Assembly: GCA_041658465.1 (NCBI GenBank)
Contig: JBBAAC010000001.1
Coordinates: forward strand, 1-58,228
DNA from: a bacterium
GTDB taxonomy: Bacteria; UBA10199; 2-02-FULL-44-16; JAAZCA01
Length of the DNA stretch: 58,228 bases
Reading direction: 5' to 3'
Positions 1 through 8,863 of this stretch are shown piece after piece. The notes beneath the pieces are model-generated. The model was not told where the DNA came from and searched no databases. It worked only from the letters and a program-made list of their open reading frames with translations. The translations under genes were made by a program, and so were the position numbers. Positions within the stretch are counted from its first letter, which is position 1. Every line of letters starts with the position of its first letter.

Positions 1-1
1 C

Positions 2-1294
2 ATCGCGCTCGAGGAGCGCCTCGAGGAAGTGGGGCATTACTCGGAGATCCCCGCTTTTTCAGACCCGGACCCGATATTGGGCCGCGAGTTCCCGGAAACC
101 GCGATGGTAAGCACAAGGGTCCTGCTCAATATGCCAAGGAGCGATATCGTGGATCAGATGATACGCGCGGTGCCCGGCATGTTACGTCCGGCGGTAATTC
201 TGACGCTCGCCGCGAACACAGCCAATGAAACCGGGACGGCAAAGGAGTTTATCGCCGCGCAGGACCCGCTCACGACGAAAATGGTTGAGATCACCAGGCG
301 CGGGACGCCGATGACAAAAAAAGAGGCGGAAGAGCTGTCGCGAGGTTATCAACGAATCTACCGCATGCACGCCCCCACCATCAGGGAGCTGCTCTCGAGA
401 AAAGTCGAGGGCGGCATGAGTTGGTGGGAACAGGTCAGCGGGTTCAGTGAACCCTGGCGAGCGAGCGAAGGCTGGAACTTATTCACGCCGATCGAGAGGC
501 TCTTCGCGATATGCCCGGAGTACGCGAATGTCGGTGAACCGTCGATAAAGGGAGCACTCGAAATTCTGATGAAAAATGGCGCAGCGCAGGTCCGGGGCTC
601 TGAGATATTCAGAAACATGCTGCGATTTGCAGAACTGAACCCTGAGTTCAGAGGTGCAATTGCAGTGCTCGCCACGGTCGGCGGAATATTCCAGTCCTCC
701 GAAGATAAAGGGCTGCATCCGGAGGTCCGCCAATTTTTCCGATCATTCACGGCGGGCGGCGGCAGCATGACGCCGGACGCATTTGTTTCAGAGCTGACGA
801 GGCCTGAAATGATCTCCGCAGTCCGAAAGTTCGTCTCGAGTAAACTGGACGGCGCGGACATTGACCAAGCTGCTATGATACACTTTATTGGAAGAGCTGA
901 GCCCTGGCTGCCGGCCATCGGCCCAGCCGCGTCGGTAGAAGCAAAGAAGAAGGACGGCGGCGACAAGGGCAGCCCCTCGGGCGCCTCCTCCCCCGCCGCA
1001 CCTGCCTCGCCCGCGGCAGCCCCGCCCGCGGCACCTGTTGCTCCGTCTGACAGCGGGAGGGCCCTGGGCCTAGCGCTGCCGATCGGTCAAACGCCAATAA
1101 TTACGGGCGGTTTCCTCGAAATCCCAGCCCTGCCCTCGCCGGCGGATGCGATCCACAGCGGCGGGTCTGATACCTATTTTACCAGCGACGAGGCCGCAGA
1201 TACCACTCAGATCGACATGACAGAGACCGCCCTCCCTTACGAGCTCATCGGTCCTGGTCTGGCGCCGGTCTCCATAGCTCCAACGCTGATTTAA
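2..1294 (+). CDS. C-terminal part of a large orphan protein (5' end lies outside the window); paralog of the C-terminal region of the downstream 2,500-aa protein
   Basis: The frame is open from base 2 (IALEERLEEVGHY...), so the GTG at 29 is probably internal. The blocks RIYRMHAPTIRELLSRKVEGGMSWWEQVSGFSEPWRASEGWNLFTPIERLFAICPEYA and MLRFAELNPEF align with RFIELYGAHGQEIRAAMASKQVEGMTAAEWLTGHTDPWTDKSEWKGYSPIERLYGVAPEFA and MLMFAEAHPEF of the 1361..8863 product. It has a PA/S-rich C-terminal linker. Confidence 0.6.
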   Translation: MALEERLEEVGHYSEIPAFSDPDPILGREFPETAMVSTRVLLNMPRSDIVDQMIRAVPGMLRPAVILTLAANTANETGTAKEFIAAQDPLTTKMVEITRRGTPMTKKEAEELSRGYQRIYRMHAPTIRELLSRKVEGGMSWWEQVSGFSEPWRASEGWNLFTPIERLFAICPEYANVGEPSIKGALEILMKNGAAQVRGSEIFRNMLRFAELNPEFRGAIAVLATVGGIFQSSEDKGLHPEVRQFFRSFTAGGGSMTPDAFVSELTRPEMISAVRKFVSSKLDGADIDQAAMIHFIGRAEPWLPAIGPAASVEAKKKDGGDKGSPSGASSPAAPASPAAAPPAAPVAPSDSGRALGLALPIGQTPIITGGFLEIPALPSPADAIHSGGSDTYFTSDEAADTTQIDMTETALPYELIGPGLAPVSIAPTLI

Positions 1295-1360
1295 TGCGTA
1301 TTTCCCTTGCCTAAGTGCTAGTAAAAAAGATAGCAAGACATATAGAAGCGGACGGCCACG

Positions 1361-4300
1361 ATGGTCACCCTAAGGCCGCCGACAGGCGGCACACAAGGTC
1401 CGGACAGAGAATACGGTTCATACCCACCTGAGCAAAACACTTATGAACCGCAAAGCACACATCCATCCGCGCCGCCTGATTCATACGTCAGCCCGAAAGA
1501 AGAAACCCCTTCTCTGCAGCTGATCGCATCCGCCGGGTCGGCCGGCGTCGCGCAGCTGCTGGCGCAACCGCGGCTCACGCAGAGTGCGATCAATGAAAGG
1601 GTCGAGTTGCTCGCGAGCTCGATCGCGCAGGACCTGCGTCGCGACGACCCGCTCAGCATTGATATAAATAACGATCGCCGCATCATCTCAACCGCCATCG
1701 CTTATCTAAGGGAACATTTCGATCCGCTGAAGACTGGTCAAGGACGGCCCCCGGCCGATAAACTGATAACGGACTCCCTGCGTTACGGATTTCGGGATAC
1801 GCTTGGAAGGACTCCCGGCAGGAATAACTACGAGATAGGACATCTGATCAGCCCATTCGCGCGGTTCGTGCATGAAAACGCCGCAGCGCTCGAGATCGTG
1901 GGCACGAGGCTCAGGGCCAAGCGCCTGGGCGGACGGCCATCCGCGCGATCAGCGCCTTCTACAATACCGCCCCCGTTTCAGGACAGCGCCGCATACCCGC
2001 TCGGCGGGTTGCGTGAGCTGCTCGCCCCCTGGCTGCCGCGAGATTCGGAGGGACGGGCACGCTTTGAGGATCAGTTTGAATCCGCGACAAACTATACGCT
2101 GACCAGGTTTATGCTCTGGGGCAGCGCACGCCAGAGGCCGGCCGTGATGAGCGGCCGCATCTGGGAAACGCTTCTCGCCCTCAGCAAATCGGATGAAGAG
2201 ACGTTCGAGTTGCTGCTGGCTCACCCTGAGAAGAACATCACAGATCCGGAAGTATGGCAAAAGACGGTGGAACGCGCGAGGGCGACAGCCGGGTTCGCCT
2301 CGCTCGGGGCAAAGTATGTCCCGGACCGGATCACGGACGACGATTGGAACCGCTATGTCGAGGCGAGACTCTCGGACGGCCACCCCGAGGACGTGGCCGT
2401 GGAGCCCCGCACCGGCGAAGCGCTCTCGGCAATGCTGCCCGCGTATCTCTTCCTGCGCTCGCAGGGCTTCGACGTGAACGCGGTGGATTATCTCAGCGCA
2501 ATTTATCCGCTCTTCGGGGAGCTCGTGGCAAACGCGCGGAGCCGCGGCGCCGACGGTTCGATACGCATCGAAGTGCCGCTCTCGATTATGGGCGATAAAT
2601 TTTCGCTCAGGGACCTCACCTACGAGACATGGGCGAAACAGATAGAACAGCAGGCTTTCCCTACGCTCGTGCTCAAACGAACGCTATCGCAGCATGCGGA
2701 TGGTCTGCATAACCCCGTCTACCGCAACGTCGAGCGGTATGCGAAACCGCTCGCCGCGAGCGTCGGCGCCACCCCGGAGCGCGAGCGCACCATCTATCTC
2801 TTCCTCGCCACCCTGCCGCGCGCGGCGGATATACTCTATCACACGACCGCGGTATACGGCCCCAACGGGGAGATGCTCTCCGCCCCGATGGCGGGCAGCG
2901 GCCTCGGCCCGGCCATCCACATAATAAACGACGAGGCGCGCTATCCCACCGGCTACAGGGCGCCGACGAACAGCCGCAGGAATACGCTTCAGCTCGACGT
3001 GCGGCGAGGCGCATATCGCGCCATGCTGGAGCTTTCCGGCAAATACCTGGCGCAGATACAGTCGGTCCATGAGCAGCAGAGCCCGCAACTCACATTCTCA
3101 TATTCGGACGGAAGGATGACATCGCTGGCCGAGCTCATGGAGCACCATAGATCGTTTGCCCTGCGAATCGATGGGTTCGACAAGCAGCTCTTCGACAACG
3201 AATCGGCGAAGGGCGCGGACCTGAGGGACGTCAACGATTTTTATCTCGACCTGCGCGGGATGGCCGAAGACCTCTTCTTCTTCGTGCGCGTGCGGGGCCA
3301 GATGCCGTCAGTGCTCGGCCCGCTTCCGTTTATCGCGGCGGTAAGGATGGAGGGGCGCCGCACCGGTTCCGACGACTCCGCCGTCCTCTTCCTGAACGAC
3401 ATCGCTCTGAAGGCGGGTGAAGAGAATTGGGGCCAGAGCAGAACCAATGCCGTCACGCTCATGCGCATCTACGCCTGGCATGCGTTGAATCGAGGTTATA
3501 TCTCGGCCGAAAACGCCCAGGATCCGGCTTTAGTGGCCTCGGCCACGCGGGCGTTTCTCAAGAGCGAGGAGCCATGGTGGGAGCAGGCGGCGCTGGATTA
3601 TGTCCAGATGGAGAAGGAGCAGGCGACGGTCCACCTGCGCGATACGATTGGGGATGTCCATCACCAGCGCCACGGCGCCAATGCAGACATAGTAGCGACG
3701 CTTCGCAACAGCTTGCCGCACGAACCGGCGCCTGTCCTTGCAGCGGACGCGGCCGCCGAGCCTGTGATCGCGCGACGCGCGGTCGAAAGCTATGTCGCGC
3801 TCTTTCCGCAGGAACGCGATGTGGATTCGGGAATCCCGATCGATCCGGCCCTCGTCCGGCTCTTTGTCGATCTGGAATCGTCGAATTACCAGGCCCCGCG
3901 CCGCGAGCTCGCTGCGCTGCAGGCGCTCGACGCCCTGGAGAGATACAACGAGCAGCGCGGCGCCCCGCCCATAGCTTTAGCGAACGACGCGACAGCGTTG
4001 CCCACACAGGGGCTTGCGCTGCAGAGATTTGAGCTCTTCTCATTCGAGTGGAGCGTCCGACGGATCGACAAGCGCAGTTCCTATAACCGCGATGCGGTCT
4101 GGAATGCATTCTGGCGGCTCCGCGAGAAAATCATATCGGGCGAGACGGTCGATGACGACGACATCCACAGGGCTATCGCCGTCTCTTCTCAGGGCGTCAG
4201 GACGAACGGCACCGAGGCCGGCATGCTCGCGCACATCGTCGCAAAGCATCAGCGGGACCTCAAGACCTTCAGAGAGCTCATGGCCGCTCCCTGGCTCGGG

Positions 4301-7300
4301 CTGACTTCCTTTGTGCGGGAGAGATTCGTAGCGCGATACATCACGGATGAAGCGCTGCAGGCCTTCGCTGAACGCTATGTCTCTCACAGGCTGACATCCG
4401 TATCGCCGGTCGACACGGACGGAATCGTAGCGGAGGCCCTCGGGGACGCGTTTGTGCCGCACCTCGACATCACCGAGAAGATGGCGGCGTTCTACCGCAC
4501 GCTCGTGGGCCGCTGGTTCACATGGGCTGAAGAGCAGCTCTCAAGCAGGGTCGAGGAGGGCATGCTCGCAATCGATACCGTCGCCGAGGATGCTGACAAC
4601 CTGCCGCCAACGGTTGAGATACTCATGTTGAGGGCCGCCGACCTGGCGGGCGCCGTCTCCTTTGACGATCTCGTAGCAGCGGAGCAGAAGCTCCTGCTCC
4701 TGCGCGAGCTTTTGGGGGATCGTCCATCGGGAGAGCCGCTGAAAGCCGCTGCCCTGCGCACCTATAGCGAACGGGTAATTCCCGCACAAGAAGCGCGGCG
4801 CGCACGAATGGGACGCGAATTCATTGCGCGCAACACCTCCCTTGAGACGGAGCTCAGCCTGATGGCGCGAGAGGTCTCAGGACACCTCGAGCGATCGGCG
4901 AAGATCTTCATAAGGGCCCCGGAGATATTGGAAATGGACGAGCGGGCCGTGACTGCGTTCATGGCAAGCATCCAGTCCAGCTTCAACAATCTTTCGGACA
5001 TCCAGAGATCTCACTTACACTTGGGGGATCTGTCTGGAAAGGCGGCGCGCATAGCCGAACAGCTTGGCCACGGCGAAGGCGCAGTACGGACAATCCGTGA
5101 GAATATGGTCAGGGCGGAACAGAACATCGCAAGGGCGCAGGACCAGATCGTGGAGGCCCATGCAGCGGGCAAGAAGAGACAGAGCGAGCTAAGACAATTG
5201 TCCGATGTCTCCCAAGCCGAGCGGCGGGCGGCCGAGGCGCAGGCTGATGCGGAGGCGCTCATCGAGAGCCTGGAGAGATCCCTGCAGGAACTCGAAGAAC
5301 TCCGCGCAAATGATGTCGCTCAGAGCTCAGCGGATTTTGAGAAAATCAAGCAGTCCCTGAACCAAGACTCTCCAGCAGACGTCCTGAGATTCGCGGCGGC
5401 GGTCCAGGCCTCGGCTTCCCTGTCAGGATCGACTTCGGGGATCATGATGAGGCTGGATGTGCTGCGAAGTCAGATCGTCGAACTGATCGAAGTGCACGAC
5501 CCCTCGTCGGACGCGCCTTCCCTGACTTCGCACGCGTCGCAGCGTCTCGTGGATGCAATGGCCGCAGCAGTCGATGACGCCCGCTGGAATGAGCTTGCAG
5601 CCACCGCGGGGCGGCTCTCCACTGCGATCCACAATGGCGGGCGAACGGCGGACGATATCCAGGCCATCATCCAGGGCATGGAGACGAGGATCTCGGAGCT
5701 CGCGGATGCGCTGTCGAATGCGGAGAATAGGCTGCCGATCGGGCCGATGGCGGGACTCGATTTGTCCAAACAGGGCGTCGCACCTGCGGAAGAAGGCAGG
5801 TACGATTTTGCATCGGAGGCGCCGGAGGGAAATTACGATACCAGGGCGCAGAACGCGCTGAAGCCCCTGCTCTTTGGCCGGATACTCTCCCGCCGCGGCG
5901 AGGCAAGGCAGATCGGCCAGCAGCAGGCATCGCTCGTAGATGGATGGCTCAAATCCGGACGGCGCAGCCCGTTGTCGATCCGCGACGCATTCGGGAATAC
6001 CGTCGAGATTGCGAAGGAGGAGCGCGGCATCAGGCTCGCAAATCACGAGGAGCTGCCCCAGGAGCATCCGCTGCATCGCCTCATCAATACGCTGGGCGCG
6101 GCTGTGGCGGAGAACAGCGCGGAGGCCGGCCTGATAGCGCTCTTCGCAAGGGAAGGACTGAGGGGGGGGAGGTCCCACGCCCTGCTCCTCGATCTATTTG
6201 CAAACCTCGCATCAAGGCCGATTGCAGGTGCCCCCTCTGAAGCGCGCGGGATCGTGCGCGAGTGGGCGCTGTCTAACAGGGCGAGGATCGTCTCCGCGCT
6301 CAGGAAGCCGGCCAAGATCTTCTTTGTCTCGAAGGGAGGGCCGGCCCCGATAACGATAAGTTCGATCGGACTCCGCCCGCCCTCCTACACGCCAGATGAA
6401 CACGCAAGGCTGGCCCGCCGCTTCGCGCGGTTGATCGAACATCCTGAGTTTGGCACCATGATCGCCAATCTCCCTGATGGGACCAGGCGTTTTCTCAACG
6501 TGGACGTGCTCGAGGTACGCCAGGCTCTTCAGGAGGGAAAGAGATCGGTGCGTCACTTCGATCTCGACGACGGAAAGTGGATGAGCTTCGACCTGCGCCT
6601 TAACGGAATCGCGTCGCTCGATCAGCTGGCGCTCGACAGCGCGCCTGTCGCATTGCAGCCCGAGCGGCTCGCCTTGATGCGCCTAATGTGGAGGATCCAC
6701 AGCGATCCTGCGCTCATCGATCTCGGCTGGATCGCCTCTGCCGCCGCCGATGCCTCCATGCCGATTCATCACATGCTCCAGAGCACTCTCAAGACCATAG
6801 CACACGCGGAACAGCGGCCCGGCGGCAAACCGCCGCTCGATCTACACGCTGCGCAGAACGAGATGCGGGGGGCCTATAAGGAGCTGGCGATCGGAGCCGC
6901 CTCGCTTCCGGAGGCGGAGCGCGTAAAAAAACCGGTCCTCCTGGACTGGTTGGCTCGAATCGGTCCAAGCGCGGGAAAGATCCGCGAACTCATCGAGAGC
7001 AGCCCGACCGTTCGCCGAATGGCCGCGAGGGTATTCCTCATGCACGAGTGGTCGACGCGCCATGGCAACGAGTCGGACGCGGCTGAAATCCGCGAGACGT
7101 TCGCGCAGGTGGAGGAGCTCATGCTCTCGCACCGCGAGCAGCGCGAGGCCGCACTCGAGAAATTCATGCGCGATGACTATCTCTCGATACGTCCAGCGGT
7201 GATCGCGGACAGCGAACTCATGCAGTCCTCCACCGGCCTGCATGCGCCTCAGCTGATCGCGCCGTTTACCGCGCCCGACGCGGAGCTGGCACGGCTCTGG

Positions 7301-8863
7301 CCCGAGACCGGGTCCGTGGGAGGAAGCCAGGTCTGGGCGCTCGTGGAGGCGCTGAAAGAGGGGCATGGCTGCGCCCGGCCTGGGCTCGTGAGGATGTTCG
7401 ATGCGTTCCCGGAGTTTGCAAACGCGCTGACCATGATCTCCTTGACCTATGAACGCCTCCGCCCGGAACTGCTTTCCGGCATAGAGGCGATCGCGGCCGA
7501 CTACGACTCAATGCAAGGCGTAAAGGGCCGCGATGCGACAGGAGCGTTTCGCAGGCGCTTCATCGAGCTGTACGGCGCGCACGGGCAGGAAATACGCGCG
7601 GCAATGGCTTCAAAGCAGGTCGAGGGAATGACCGCAGCTGAGTGGCTCACGGGCCACACGGATCCATGGACGGACAAGTCGGAGTGGAAGGGATACAGCC
7701 CCATCGAGCGGCTCTACGGCGTCGCACCCGAATTCGCCAGGATGATCGATGCACACGTCCAGCAGATCCTCCAAAAGATAAGGGAATGCGAGGATTCGAC
7801 GAGCGGCGTAGCCGATCGCCAGAAGAACCTCGTCAAATCAATGCTCATGTTTGCGGAGGCGCATCCGGAATTCTCAAAGCCGATCGCGCTGCTCACCCTC
7901 TTGTTCGAGCTCCTTCCGGAAAAGATCATCTGCGACAAAATCGTCCCGTTCTTCCTGAAGGAGAACGGCCAGTGGAGCAACTCGTCGGCCGCCGCCGCTT
8001 TCGCGAGCGCAAATGCCGCAGAGCTTGCTCCCGAGCAGGAGTTTGTCAACCTGCTCATACGGCCTCAGACGCTCGCGGCCTTGCGCGCGGCGATGCAGAG
8101 GCCGCCCGCCAGGCACTCCGGCCCATCCATAGCCGTGGTCTTCCAGGGCAGCGATCGGCCGTGGCTGCCAGACCCGGAGGCTCTCGCCATATCGGATCGC
8201 ATGAAGATCCCGGCGTTATCGGGCCGTGAGCTCATAGCGCACATCGAGCGGCAGCTCGTCGAGACAAAACACCTGTACTCACCGACCGGCATTAGAAAAA
8301 ACCCGCTGGATGAGCTTAACGCAAAGGTGGATTTCTGGCTCGAGAGGGAACAGATTCACGCCGAGTCCGGCAATGATGCGATCCTCTTCGTCGGCAGCGA
8401 AGCTACGAAGAGATGCCTGTGCAAGATGATGCTGGTCCTCGAGAGCGCCGCGCAGTCGCTTGCGCCTACCCAGACTTTCCGCGGAATGTTCGTGAAGTTC
8501 ATGGAACAGAACCGTTCCGACGACGACGTGCTCCGCTTCGCCTACAACTATCTCATCGACCATCGCGATCAGATAATCGAGGCGACGGCGAAGCCGAAAA
8601 AGAGCTCCGGCAACGACGGCGGAACCCTGTCGCCGCTGCGGTCGGCGCCGAAGCCGTCTGCTTCAGCGGAATCGGGCCCTCCCCCCTCGTCTGCAGCCCT
8701 CTCCTCGGGCGCTGACTCGCATGACTCCCCGCCCGAGAGCGCGGAGGGCGAAGGCTCCCCTGAAGATGCCGTCCTGGAAGGCGGTGCCATGGTCTACGAA
8801 GGGAACGATGCAGCGATAGGCCCCGGAGTCATACTCACCCCTGTTCCACCCGCGGTTCGCTGA
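1361..8863 (+). CDS. Giant (2,500 aa) orphan protein with no recognisable catalytic motif, a central coiled-coil and a recurring PEF helix motif
   Basis: Single uninterrupted 7.5-kb ORF, with only short ORFs in the other frames. I saw no signal peptide, Walker A or HExxH motif. A coiled-coil-like stretch is present (EQNIARAQDQIVEAHAAGKKRQSELRQLSDVSQAERRAAEAQADAEALIESLERSLQELEEL). The motifs IEHPEF, AFPEFA, VAPEFA and AHPEF recur. Confidence 0.75.
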   Translation: MVTLRPPTGGTQGPDREYGSYPPEQNTYEPQSTHPSAPPDSYVSPKEETPSLQLIASAGSAGVAQLLAQPRLTQSAINERVELLASSIAQDLRRDDPLSIDINNDRRIISTAIAYLREHFDPLKTGQGRPPADKLITDSLRYGFRDTLGRTPGRNNYEIGHLISPFARFVHENAAALEIVGTRLRAKRLGGRPSARSAPSTIPPPFQDSAAYPLGGLRELLAPWLPRDSEGRARFEDQFESATNYTLTRFMLWGSARQRPAVMSGRIWETLLALSKSDEETFELLLAHPEKNITDPEVWQKTVERARATAGFASLGAKYVPDRITDDDWNRYVEARLSDGHPEDVAVEPRTGEALSAMLPAYLFLRSQGFDVNAVDYLSAIYPLFGELVANARSRGADGSIRIEVPLSIMGDKFSLRDLTYETWAKQIEQQAFPTLVLKRTLSQHADGLHNPVYRNVERYAKPLAASVGATPERERTIYLFLATLPRAADILYHTTAVYGPNGEMLSAPMAGSGLGPAIHIINDEARYPTGYRAPTNSRRNTLQLDVRRGAYRAMLELSGKYLAQIQSVHEQQSPQLTFSYSDGRMTSLAELMEHHRSFALRIDGFDKQLFDNESAKGADLRDVNDFYLDLRGMAEDLFFFVRVRGQMPSVLGPLPFIAAVRMEGRRTGSDDSAVLFLNDIALKAGEENWGQSRTNAVTLMRIYAWHALNRGYISAENAQDPALVASATRAFLKSEEPWWEQAALDYVQMEKEQATVHLRDTIGDVHHQRHGANADIVATLRNSLPHEPAPVLAADAAAEPVIARRAVESYVALFPQERDVDSGIPIDPALVRLFVDLESSNYQAPRRELAALQALDALERYNEQRGAPPIALANDATALPTQGLALQRFELFSFEWSVRRIDKRSSYNRDAVWNAFWRLREKIISGETVDDDDIHRAIAVSSQGVRTNGTEAGMLAHIVAKHQRDLKTFRELMAAPWLGLTSFVRERFVARYITDEALQAFAERYVSHRLTSVSPVDTDGIVAEALGDAFVPHLDITEKMAAFYRTLVGRWFTWAEEQLSSRVEEGMLAIDTVAEDADNLPPTVEILMLRAADLAGAVSFDDLVAAEQKLLLLRELLGDRPSGEPLKAAALRTYSERVIPAQEARRARMGREFIARNTSLETELSLMAREVSGHLERSAKIFIRAPEILEMDERAVTAFMASIQSSFNNLSDIQRSHLHLGDLSGKAARIAEQLGHGEGAVRTIRENMVRAEQNIARAQDQIVEAHAAGKKRQSELRQLSDVSQAERRAAEAQADAEALIESLERSLQELEELRANDVAQSSADFEKIKQSLNQDSPADVLRFAAAVQASASLSGSTSGIMMRLDVLRSQIVELIEVHDPSSDAPSLTSHASQRLVDAMAAAVDDARWNELAATAGRLSTAIHNGGRTADDIQAIIQGMETRISELADALSNAENRLPIGPMAGLDLSKQGVAPAEEGRYDFASEAPEGNYDTRAQNALKPLLFGRILSRRGEARQIGQQQASLVDGWLKSGRRSPLSIRDAFGNTVEIAKEERGIRLANHEELPQEHPLHRLINTLGAAVAENSAEAGLIALFAREGLRGGRSHALLLDLFANLASRPIAGAPSEARGIVREWALSNRARIVSALRKPAKIFFVSKGGPAPITISSIGLRPPSYTPDEHARLARRFARLIEHPEFGTMIANLPDGTRRFLNVDVLEVRQALQEGKRSVRHFDLDDGKWMSFDLRLNGIASLDQLALDSAPVALQPERLALMRLMWRIHSDPALIDLGWIASAAADASMPIHHMLQSTLKTIAHAEQRPGGKPPLDLHAAQNEMRGAYKELAIGAASLPEAERVKKPVLLDWLARIGPSAGKIRELIESSPTVRRMAARVFLMHEWSTRHGNESDAAEIRETFAQVEELMLSHREQREAALEKFMRDDYLSIRPAVIADSELMQSSTGLHAPQLIAPFTAPDAELARLWPETGSVGGSQVWALVEALKEGHGCARPGLVRMFDAFPEFANALTMISLTYERLRPELLSGIEAIAADYDSMQGVKGRDATGAFRRRFIELYGAHGQEIRAAMASKQVEGMTAAEWLTGHTDPWTDKSEWKGYSPIERLYGVAPEFARMIDAHVQQILQKIRECEDSTSGVADRQKNLVKSMLMFAEAHPEFSKPIALLTLLFELLPEKIICDKIVPFFLKENGQWSNSSAAAAFASANAAELAPEQEFVNLLIRPQTLAALRAAMQRPPARHSGPSIAVVFQGSDRPWLPDPEALAISDRMKIPALSGRELIAHIERQLVETKHLYSPTGIRKNPLDELNAKVDFWLEREQIHAESGNDAILFVGSEATKRCLCKMMLVLESAAQSLAPTQTFRGMFVKFMEQNRSDDDVLRFAYNYLIDHRDQIIEATAKPKKSSGNDGGTLSPLRSAPKPSASAESGPPPSSAALSSGADSHDSPPESAEGEGSPEDAVLEGGAMVYEGNDAAIGPGVILTPVPPAVR

